Assembly: GCF_016433145.1 (NCBI RefSeq)
Contig: NC_058133.1
Span: 392,277,582-392,341,467, forward strand
Length of the DNA stretch: 63,886 nt
Reading direction: 5' to 3'
Source: Gracilinanus agilis
Lineage: Eukaryota
This document shows, piece by piece, positions 50,158 through 60,469 of the stretch (the stretch's first letter is position 1; each line of letters opens with the position of its first letter). The notes beneath the pieces are model-generated. The model saw nothing but the letters and a program-made list of their open reading frames with translations. It was not told where the DNA came from and made no database searches. The translations under genes and the position numbers were made by a program.

Positions 50158-50272
50158 CCCATGTTCTTTTAGCTCACCATAAATAGTCCATTATCTGGTA
50201 TGCTTTTACTCAAAAGAAAGAGATAGAATGCCCTGTTTAAAAGAGTATTCTGGTTAATAGAGAATTACCTTC

Positions 50273-50339
50273 GTCCCACTCAAGACATATTGAGAAGTCT
50301 CTTCTGAAGGCTGAACTTCCTGATGGACCTCTAAGAAAG
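50273..50339 (-). repeat. Right arm of the 67-bp inverted duplicate; overlaps a candidate 62-nt minus-strand exon (50269-50330)
   Basis: Minus strand reads cctttcttag|AGGTCC...GGGACGAAG|gtaatt. Confidence 0.8.
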
Positions 50340-50629
50340 GAATTTGTGATGGAGGATGGAGATGAAGAGAATTGATACCACAATTATATGAGTTCACAAT
50401 GCTCTCGGTATTATTATGAGCTTTGCTAATTTGGTAGAGGTTAATAGACATTTCCAATTGATGAAACTCCAGATAATAGAATAAGTAAATTCATCACACT
50501 CAGAAGAATAATAGAATATAGCAATTTAAGATGAGATGAGGCCAAGCAAAAGCAGGGAGGGGAAAAAAGGATATTTTTTTTTATTTCTGGCAGCTCTGTT
50601 TGGGAAATTTAGAGAGCTGACAAATCATA

Positions 50630-50862
50630 ACAGAGCCCTGGGCATGGAGTCAGGAAGGCTCTTCTTCGGAGTTTAAATATGGCCTCAGACACTTACTAGC
50701 TTTGTTACTCTGAGCAAGTCACTTAATCCTTTTTGCCTCAGTTTCTTCATCTGTAAAATAAGCTGGAGAGGAAAATGGTAAGCTACTCCCATATCTTTGC
50801 CAAGAAAATCCCAAATGGAGTTATGAAGAGTTGGATATGACCGAAATGACCAAACAACAAAT
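50630..50862 (+). mobile_element. MAR1 SINE
   Basis: ggcatggagtcaggaagg...ctggagaggaaaatggtaagctactcccatatctttgccaagaaaatccc...gaaatgaccaaacaacaa. Confidence 0.85.
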
Positions 50863-50929
50863 AACTGTTTGTTGAGTTGGACAGAATTACAAAGATTACC
50901 AAAATGATATGATCAGGACTGAGGGAAAA

Positions 50930-52060
50930 GGAACTAATCAATTAATAGCATTTATTAAGTCCTTGCTAAAGGAAGGAAAACTTAGGCATGGAGCTCAGGG
51001 ATCTACATTTGAAAGAGGGAAAACAAGAAAGATAAACCTGTGATTAGTGGGTGGAATTCCATCTTGGTGAGAAACTTTCCCACCAATACAAGGTACCATC
51101 ATCTCTGAACTTGCAGAGTTTCCTAGAGCACTGAGAAGTTAAATGAATTACTCAAGGTCACAAAACTAGTTTGTTTCAAAAGTACAAGTTGAACTGAGGT
51201 ATTACTGGCTCTGAGACTAGATCTTTATTGATTATACCATGTCTGCTATGGGGTTGACAACATGCAAATAACTAGATAATTAAAAGATATAAACAGAAAA
51301 GATGGAAGATGTCAGAGAAATTGCTAGTAGCTAAGGACTCTTGCAGAAGGTAGGATTTGAGCTACATCTTGAAGAAAGACAGGAAAAATAAATGGTGGCA
51401 TTAAGATGGCAGATCATTCCAAGGATGTGAAGCAGCCAGTTCAAAAGCACATGGATGGGAGACAGAATGTCCTATCCAAGGAGCAGCAGGTAGGTCAATG
51501 TAACTAAATGATAGAGAATGTGGAATGGGGGGGGGGGAATGAAAGAAGATTAAAAAGGATATGAAGAAGACAGTTTTAAATTGAGAATAATTGACTTTAG
51601 AGTTGATCCTGGGGGTAAAAGAGAGCCACTAGAATTTGAGTGCAAAGAAAGGTATCATCATGATATTTACTCTTAAGGAACATCTCTTTAACAGCTAAAA
51701 GGGGAAGATTTGAGGCAGGGAGACCAATTAAAAGGGCTTTGTAGTATCTCAGAGGGGAAGAGGTGAAGCTTAAACTTAGGGTGATATACTATGTGAGTAT
51801 ACTATGTGAGTGAAAAGAAAGGCATCTATATGAGAGATATTATGGAGATAGAAATGCTAAGACTTGGTGACTGATTGGATTTGTAGGATAAGGGAGAGTG
51901 AGAAGTCAAGAATGACATAAAGATGTAGTCAGCGGAATTAGGAGTATAATAGGGGGACTTAATAGCAATATTGAAATTTGAAGGGGGGTGAAATTTGAGG
52001 AAAAGATAATGATTTCTGTTTTGGACTTGTTGAGTTTGAGATCCCTGTATATCTCTACAT
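50930..52060 (-). mobile_element. L2 3' region with a SINE insertion (~51060-51245)
   Basis: caattaatagcatttattaag; gtaggatttgagctacatcttgaag; gacttggtgactgattggatt...ggagagtgagaagtcaagaatgac; gttttggacttgttgagtttgag. Confidence 0.75.
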
Positions 52061-52103
52061 TAGCCAATCCTTTCAAGGTAAATCTTTTAAAGTTATTCTA
52101 AGG

Positions 52104-52283
52104 CAGAGATTTTTAATCTTTTTAGTGTCAAGGAACCTTTTGGCAGTCTGATAAAGCCTGTGAACTCAGAATCATGTTTTTACATGAATCAAATAAAATG
52201 AAAAGAATTACAAAGGATATCAATTATATTGAAATAGTTATCCAAAAAATATTAAGTTCATGAACCCAGCTTATGAACTTCTA
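52104..52283 (-). mobile_element. hAT-Charlie-like MITE (same family as 17236-17489)
   Basis: Starts cagagatttttaatct. TSD ttctaagg (52096-52103) and atctaagg (52284-52291). Confidence 0.7.
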
Positions 52284-52429
52284 ATCTAAGGCTTATAGTA
52301 GAAATCAAAACAATTTCTTTCATAGGACAAAAGAACCATAGATTTTAGAACTAAAAAGGGATTTTAAAAACCATCTGATCCAGCTACTTCATTTCAAAGA
52401 GGAGAAAATAGAAGCTTTGAAAAGTTATG

Positions 52430-53110
52430 TGAATAATAAATGTTGGAGGGCATGTGGCAAAATTGGGACACTAATGCATTGCTGGTGGAGTTGTGAATTG
52501 ATCCAACCATTCTGGAAGGCAATTTGGAATTATGCCCAAATGGTTTTAAAATAATGCATGCCCTTTGATCCAGAAACATACCACTACTAGGTTTGTATCC
52601 CAAAGAGATAAAAAAAATGGGAAATGATCTGGTTGTAAAAAAATATTTATAGCTGAGCTTTTTGTGGTGGCAAAAAATTGGAAAATTAAGGGATACCCCT
52701 AGATTGGGGAATGGCTGAACAAATTGTAGTATATGATGGTGATGGAGTCCTATTGTGCTATAAAGAATGACGAATCAATGGATTTCTATAAGAACTGGAA
52801 TGACCTACATGAACTGATGCAGAGTGAAATACACAGTAACTAAAATATTGTGGGATAATCAAATGTGATTGACTTTGCTACTAAAAGCAATACAATGATC
52901 CAGGATATTTCTGAGGGATTTATGAGAAAAAATGCTATCCACATCTAGAAAAATAAATATAGGAGTAGAAATACGATTTATCACTTGTTTAGATGGCTAT
53001 ATGATTTGGGATCTGGGTTTTACAAGATTATTCTATTACAAAAATGAATAATATGGAGATTGCTAATTGCTTTTGTTTATGTAGTACCCTGCCCACCTGG
53101 AACTGGGTTG
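52430..53110 (+). mobile_element. L1 ORF2 C-terminus plus 3'UTR
   Basis: Translates NKCWRACGKIGTLMHCWWSCELIQPFWKAIWNYAQ, the conserved L1 ORF2 C-terminal motif. Confidence 0.93.
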
Positions 53111-53373
53111 TTAATTGGAGAGAGACATTATTGTCTGAAATGCTTCTATTAGAAGAAAGAAAAGAGAAGCAGAAGAAGCAAAAAGAGAAGGAAAAAAGGA
53201 GGAGAGAGACAAGGTCAGACTTTGAATGGCTAACAGTAGCCTCTGGAGCCATTGGCACATGAGGAAAACCAGTACCACAGCATATCCCTTGAATCCAAAA
53301 AACCCTAGGGTTTGAAAAGAGCCGGTTTTTCAGGGGAGATAATTTTTTCTTGTGTAAGCCAAGATTTCCTTTA

Positions 53374-53399
53374 TCTGTCTGTCTGTCTGTCTGTCTGTC

Positions 53400-53442
<43 letters not shown>

Positions 53443-53450
53443 GTCTCTCT
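53374..53450. repeat. (TCTG)n/(TC)n microsatellite
   Basis: Seen directly. Confidence 0.95.
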
Positions 53451-53984
53451 CTTGTCAGAGTCACAGTTGGGCATCCAACTTAATCTAAACCATTTCCCTC
53501 ATTACTATTTTGTTACTTGTTTGATTAAATATGTTTGCTCAGTAACCATGGTGGTTTTTCTGTAATAAGCTTTTTTGTGGGTGGGGAGCTAAACTGAATG
53601 AGATTAAACTAACTATTTCCCTCCCAGTTTGGAGCAGGACTGCTTCCAAACCATAATGACCAGGAAAAGTAGCTCTTATCCTGAACCCCAAGAGTATCAT
53701 ACTCCTAAGCTGCAAATAGCTTATTTATAATAAATTAATATAATTCTAATAATAAACATTCTAAAAATAGGAAAGCAGAGGAGTGATTTCCCAGTCATAG
53801 TCATACACCTATTCTCCACAAAGGCAGAAGAGGAGTCTCCTTTGAAAATGTGGAATAATCATTCCAAATCCAAATAAATTCCTATAACACCCAGGCCACT
53901 CTGGATCTTTCTGATTTGGTTTAAATTTTTACTTTTATAGAGTTATTCTATGATTCTTAAAATAGTCCTATAAGGATTATTATG

Positions 53985-55690
53985 CTTATTATAAAATCAT
54001 TAATTAATTAATTAATCAAAATGTTTGTTACATTTAAATACCCAGTTAACTCCCTCCATCCCTTCCCCATAAGAGAAGGCATCATTTGACAAAAAGATAT
54101 ATATGTAAGTGTAAAACTATGTCTTATTTATTTCTTATCAGTACTTTCTCTGGAGGTGCACAAACACAAGTCATTCTTCAAACAGTATTTCTGTTGCTCT
54201 ATAAAATGTACTCTTTGTTCTGCTCATTTCACTCTTCATAATTTCATGAATGTCTTTCCACGTTTTGTTTTCTTTTTTCCAAAATTAACCTGTCATTCCT
54301 TAGGGTACAATACTATTCCATCACAATCATGTACCACAACTTACTTAGCCATTCCTCATTTGATGGACATCCTCTCAATTTCCAGTTCTTGCCACCACAA
54401 GGATAGCTAGTATAAACATTTTAGAACATATTGGTCCTTTTCTATACTCCCTGATCACCTTAGGAAATAAACCTAGTGGTGCCTGGTTTGATGTCTGGTG
54501 ACGGACAAACATTCTGGAGTCCCTTAAGGGTGAGAGGAATGAGATGTGGGGAGAAGGATGACACACATCAGGGGGGCCAATGAGGCTGGTACAATCAGAG
54601 GCAAAGTTTATTGATTACAACTAGTATTTTATAGAGAAAGTGATGAAGGCTGAGGGATTAGAAAAGCTTTTTACACAGACAATGGTTAGTAATGATTTAC
54701 AAGCTCAGTACAATGACTTAGTTTACCTCACCAAAACCAGACAGATTTTTCTATAGGATAATAAATCAATATGTCAATGTGTAACCTTCTAACAGAGTTC
54801 CTCATAGAATTCTTGCACCAGTGATTTCTTGGAAGAACATTTAGTATTCGGGAAGGAATTGGATTAAGGTGTCATGCTGGGTGCAGGGGGGAGCTACGTG
54901 TCTGGCTCCAGCTAGCTGATGGCTCTGATTTTATTGGGGTCTACTCTCCCTACTGGGGGCTACATCTGCTCCTTTTTTATTTAAATTTAACAAACGAAGG
55001 CAAGGTACGTGAGTGTATGATTTGTATGGATTGTGTATGGCTAGAAAGCCAAATTCCAATTCTATTTGCTTGGTTTTTTTATTAGGGCCTTTTTTCAGTG
55101 TGTCTCAGAATAGGCTGTGTGTGCTCACCATAGTCTTTTGTCATAGACAGACATTTCTCCAGGGCTTTAGCGTATGAGGTAAGGTGACTTTTACTCAGTG
55201 GTCTTTTTTGGCCTCAGGTCTGGTGGTCTAATCCTAGGGTTACTAAGATCACCTCCCAGACAAGGCATTTTCTCTGAGCTTTTTGCATAGCCTTAGTTGG
55301 AATGGTAGGTTTGCTATGGCTTTTGTTGAGGCTCAAGGTCTTTTTGCCCTTATGACAAGCATATCTATCACAGCTTAAGAGAGCGACTCTTATTAGGCCT
55401 GATTCTGTCAGCATCCAATTCTTGGTTCCATAAGCCAAGCAAATATTGGCTTCTCCAATTTGTTTTGTTTCTAAGTGTCCATGCTATTATGCTGCTAAGG
55501 GTTATGTTTTATTATGTGGTAATATACTAGACTGTACACCATTTTATAATTCTTTGAGCATAATTCCTAATTGCTCTCCAAAATGGTTAGATCAATTCAC
55601 AGTTCTCCCAACAGTGTATTAGTGCCCCTATTTTATGCATCCCCTCCAACATTTGTCATTTTGCCCTTTTATTATTTTAGCTAATCATAA
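53985..55690 (-). mobile_element. L1 3' region split by a ~1-kb LTR-like insertion
   Basis: L1 sequence ...aggaaataaacctagtggt (to 54480) resumes as ...caccattttataattctttgagcataattcctaattgctctccaaaatggttagatcaattcacag (from ~55520). Confidence 0.8.
54481..55515 (-). mobile_element. Probable solo LTR/ERV fragment
   Basis: Interrupts contiguous L1. AATAAA on the minus strand (54607-54612) lies ~130 nt from the left end. Possible gtggt duplication (54476-54480, 55516-55520), but the TG...CA termini are not clean. Confidence 0.55.
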
Positions 55691-56016
55691 GTGATAATAA
55701 TAATAAAATATGATGCTTATTTTTACAGACAGAGAAACAATCTGAGATTAGTCAAATGATTTGTCCATAACTATATAAGCTAGAAAGTTTTAAAACCTCC
55801 AGTTAAGAATGAATTGGCAATCTGTCAATAGAGTTTCCACATCTGAAAGTGATACCTCATTTTTTCATATACTCTATCAATTCCTGTATATTAGGGGAAA
55901 TTACTGTGTATTCCTGTGTCTGGAATCTGATTCAGAAATACCATCCAGTTTGCTGCTTTTTGCATTTTTTTTTGTCCTCAGTAATAATAAATGAAGGAGA
56001 CAAGAATTCTTTTTCT

Positions 56017-56318
56017 TGTGTACATGTGACCTATCCATCTGTGGGGATGGGGAGGGGTGGTTACATTGATGGACCATCTCTTAATTAGTTAGCACCAATT
56101 AAATATGTCTTGGGATGGTCAAGGTAGGGACCAAATAATGAGCCCCTCAAAATCTATTTATTAGGCTGCCTGACACAGCTCAGGTTGTCTCTGGTCCTGC
56201 CGAGTCATAGAGATCTGCTTCACTTTATAATGCTGGCCTAACCAATCAACTTCACATAATCAATAAATTTATATTCTTAACCAAAAATCAGTCTCTCAAG
56301 ATAATTTTAATTATAACA
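56017..56318 (+). mobile_element. Probable solo LTR (left boundary uncertain)
   Basis: tttataa (TATA-like), AATAAA at 56262-56267 and a 3' end ...ttataaca. No TSD resolved. Confidence 0.45.
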
Positions 56319-56511
56319 GAAATTTGGATACACTCATCCAAAATTTAACTAAGTTGTCTATCAGCCCATATACAGAATCCTTAGCTACTGCCACACTCAA
56401 AGTCATTCCTGTTGGTTAGGTCTTGCCAAAACTTTACAATCCATTGGTATAACTTTTGAGAACTCTGGGTTTGCTCTATCTGGTAATAAGGGATCATAGT
56501 AAAACTTTAGT

Positions 56512-56716
56512 GGAGGTGGGTAGCTAGATGGGTCAATGGACTGGGAGCCAGGTCTAGAGATGGGAGGTCTTGAGTTCAAATCTAGCCTCAGATACTTCCT
56601 AGCTGTTTGACCCTAGACAAGTCATTATCCCTTTTACCTAGTTTTTAACCATTCTTCTACCTTAGAACCAATATATAGTATTGATTATAAGATGGAAGGT
56701 AAGCATCTAAAAAAAT
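56512..56716 (+). mobile_element. SINE1-type SINE
   Basis: ggaggtgggtagctagatggg...gagttcaaatctagcctcagatacttcctagctg...; flanks aaaactttag and aaaagctttag. Confidence 0.85.
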
Positions 56717-57198
56717 AACGGAAAAGCTTTAGCAGAGGTAAAAGAAGAAAATGTTTTCCAAATTCAAGTGAGAAACGAGACAGGGGAAGCTACCAAAAAA
56801 AAAAAAAGCTGCCGATTAGTTAAGAGCTTTTATCCCCCCAAATAATTCCATTACATTATAAACTCAATCTGTCATCTGGCAAGATATCTTCTACCCCGAA
56901 AAAATTCTTAGCTGACTACATAATTTCATTTCTCAAAAGCCTGATTTGGTAAATTCTTTTTACTTGACACAATACTCTTTCCATCTGTGATCTCTTGAAA
57001 GATATACAGGATTTAAATGTTGAAATTTATTTTTATATGTAATTGGAAAAAATAAAATATTATTAAAATTTAAATATATATATATATACCTATATACTTG
57101 ATTTAAAGAGCAGTTATTTTTGGTATCACTTAATAATATATGAAAATGTAAGGCTCTGAGACCGCGCCTTCATGATGGCCTTAAAACATTTTGGAAGC

Positions 57199-57231
<33 letters not shown>

Positions 57232-57475
57232 AGGGAGCAATTATTTCGTGATCACTAAGAGACCTGAAACATTTGAGTAGTGCAACGGAATAATAAAGAA
57301 TCCAAAGCAGAAAACCTATGTTCAGATCTGTAACTTACAACCTAAGAGACATTGAACAAATTACTTCAATTCTCTGGGGCTCAATTTCCCCATCTATAAA
57401 ATGAGGGGTTGGGCTATATGTCATATAGAGTTCCTTCAGGCTCTAAATCAATGATCCTTTTATTCTCAGAGTCAG

Positions 57476-58074
57476 TGTTCTAACTAGAAATTCTGACACC
57501 CGGGACAAATATAAGGGTCGTGTATGGCAGGGAGACCTTGAGGGCACAGACCAAGAAGCTTCTGCCAGAAAGATCTCCACCAGGGTGCAGAGCAGGAAGA
57601 AATGAATAGACACTGAGTCATATGGCATGTAACTGTCTTCACTTTAATTATGATACGGGTGACTTTTGTGCAAATCACATGCTATCAGGTATAGTAGTGC
57701 TGAGGAAAGCAAAGCTTATTTCCTAGAGCATATAGCTTGTGCTCTGACTCCCAAAATCCCAAGGAGGAGGCAGAGGACCATACAGAGGTACAACAGTTTA
57801 TAGAAGTTTGACAAGGATAATCTTCTTTGGCTCCAGGATGTGGCAACAACACGTGAGAGAAATAATTGTGGGGCTCTGGTCCCTGAGAGACAGACAGAGG
57901 TAGAAAGAGACAGAGATTGTGAGGATAGAAAATTCAGTCTGAGATAGTTGGCATAATCACACTGTGGAGCATGACGATGCAGGTTGTAGGACTTCTTGGG
58001 AAAGCAGCCTGCCATTGTAAATTTTGACCACCTGAACCAAAGCCTTTGCCTTATTTACATCTTTGGAGATAACA
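57476..58074 (+). mobile_element. Solo LTR (599 bp) with a 4-bp TSD
   Basis: TGTT...AACA termini. TSD tcag at 57472-57475 and 58075-58078. Orientation tentative. Confidence 0.8.
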
Positions 58075-58419
58075 TCAGTATCGATGAGAACACAGATTTA
58101 TTGGCATATAAATGGGTATTAATCACTCAGGAAAGAATATTAGGGTCTTTTAGGCTAGCTCTGTTAAGTCCAGGAGCAGCTTGCTCATTGGCACATAATT
58201 TGGTTTATTCCATTTCTGTGTTTTTGCTTTGGGGATACTCAGTATCATGGAAGTTCTCCAGAGCTCCTGCCTTAAGTAAATGTTACTCCCAACTATTCAG
58301 CCAAGGGCAATTATATGAAAAGCACACCTTGTTGACTAGAATTTGGGGTGCTCCATAGAGTAGCTGATCCATAGCTGCAGCTATGTACCCTTGTGAAAGA
58401 TTTTGTTGTGCAATCCTAT

Positions 58420-58566
58420 CTGACTCTTCATTTTCCTATCTGGGGTTTTCTTGGCAAAGATAGATGAGGAAACCAAAGCACACAGGGTTAAGGTTCTGCA
58501 TCTAGTAAGTGTCTGAGACTGGATTTGAACTCACTCTTCCAGACTGCCAGCCATCTAGCTGCCCTC
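58420..58566 (-). mobile_element. Compressed MAR1 SINE
   Basis: ggggttttcttggcaaaga-tagatgaggaaacc...ggatttgaactc...ccatctagctgccc. Confidence 0.65.
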
Positions 58567-59159
58567 TCATGAAGGTTAATCCAACCTGCATCTGCCATTT
58601 TTCCCTGAGTCTGTCCTTAGTACTTCAAAGCCTAAACACCCTAGCTTATCTATAAATGGCCAAGGAAATTTTCAATTGTCTTTTTTTTTTTAAGCGAGAA
58701 AGTTCCTCTCCACAATTCAGGGCATGAATGCTGAACCTGCTTATTGCTTTCAGTCAGTTCAGTGAAAAAATCAGCAGGTGTGAATGTTTGGCATCTCACA
58801 GACTGAACAAGCAGCTGAAGGACTGGAGTGTTTACTCTTTGACCAGTTGTTTTGGCACCAAGTAAACACAGCCTAAGATTTGTTGGGGAGAAATAATGAT
58901 GCACAGATTTTTCAGTCTTTGTGATATAGGAACAGGTGGTACTTGGAAGCTACAAAGCAAAACCCTGCTGTGCTTTTCAAAGAAAAAAAGTACATACCTA
59001 AATAAGGCAGGAGGAGAGAAAAGAGAACAATGAACAATGGGGCCCAGTGCTCTTGCTCTGGAAACTCACAACTCAGAAAGTTTTTCATATCCCAATGAAG
59101 GAATTCTTAACTGTTTTGTACCAAGGACATAGCTATGAGCTAAAGATGGTTCATACTTT

Positions 59160-59345
59160 AAAGGACAGATTATTAAATTTTCAGGGTGAACACTGGAATT
59201 GGCAAATGCTACGAATCAGGGCTTGATTTATTGTCTTGCTGCTAAACTTTTTAAAGAAGAGAAAATGTTAACAATGTACATAAAACTTAAAAGCGTGTTT
59301 TATGTACCTTGTTTTCCAGAGTGCCAGTTGTCAACATTTATTAGC
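59160..59345 (+). mobile_element. MER63-like hAT-Blackjack fragment
   Basis: ggaattggcaaatgctacgaatcagggcttgatttattg...taaaacttaaaagcgtg matches the recalled MER63 consensus. Confidence 0.65.
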
Positions 59346-59655
59346 ACAGTCCTACATGGACCCCTTTAGCATTTGAGTGAATCCTATAGGTTTCTCAAAG
59401 CAAAGTGTTTAAATTCTTAAAATAAAATACATAGAATTAAAAAGGAAATCTGTTGTTTTGAAATAAAGATGTAATTTTTCCCTATATAAACTGAGATACT
59501 CACTGATATCAATCCACACGTCTCTTGGGGACCTGTGGATACTAGGATAATAACCCTTGGTTGAAAATACATATTTAATGTATTTTTACATTAAATTTTT
59601 TATTAATGTAATTAAATTACAAAAATTTACAAATTACCTTTAATTTTAATATATA

Positions 59656-59732
59656 CAGGGTGTTCCTAAATTCTTAGTGCTGTTTCAAGCTATTAAAACT
59701 TGAAATAGTAACAAGACTTTTAGAAAACACTG
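59656..59732. mobile_element. 77-bp palindromic Tc1/mariner MITE
   Basis: cagggtgttcctaaattcttagtgctgtttcaag...cttgaaatagtaacaagacttttagaaaacactg, flanked by TA on both sides (59654-59655, 59733-59734). Confidence 0.75.
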
Positions 59733-59803
59733 TACATGTTGATGTAGGTGAATATTTCAGTGATAGGAAAGAAAACTTGATACCGACCATTAGAAGGTCA
59801 TTG

Positions 59804-59941
59804 ACAGGAGATCCTAGGTTCAAATTTGACCTTAGATACTGCCTGGCTGTGTTACCCTGGGCAAGTTACTTAACTCTAACTGCCTAGCCTTTATTACTCT
59901 TCTATGTTAGAATCAAAACTTAGTATTGGTTTAAGAAAAAA
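59804..59941 (+). mobile_element. 5'-truncated SINE1-type SINE
   Basis: caggagatcctaggttcaaat...; flanks aaggtcattga and aaagtcattga. Confidence 0.75.
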
Positions 59942-60469
59942 AAAGTCATTGAATAAAATGATTCATGTGCTGCATCTATTAAGTAATTTTGTATGATCTC
60001 AGACATCCATTACAGATTCTATGTCAGAAGAGGACCTTTAAAATTGTTTAAACTCTTACTGAGTCAACTACTATTTTTTATAATTAAAAATAAAAGGAAA
60101 CAGTAGGATTTCATAAACTGCCTTTTTCAGTTAGAGTGACTATAAAAATGTTAGAAATAGATCATATTTGATCCTTTCTTGATTGTACGTTTGCAAAAAT
60201 ATAACTGGTCCATTCTCATATTGTCAAGAACTTTTCATATGCAAATATCTTCATAAATATTTTAGAGAGATAAGGAAGTAATTGTTTCATATATTTCAGA
60301 GCCAGAAGGTACTGTAGGGGTCTTCCGGTACAACCCTATTTTGTAGATGAGGAAACCAAGGCCCTTCATAGGTAAAATAACTTTTTTCTAAGGTTATACA
60401 TGTATACTAGTTAGAGAAGCAAGTTATAGAAGCACAGAATGTCAGGGTTAGAAGGGACCTTGGAGATCA

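Noticed and set aside
53028-53565. ORFs of 71-148 aa
   Set aside because: They overlap an L1 3' end, a purine-rich stretch and a (TCTG)n microsatellite.
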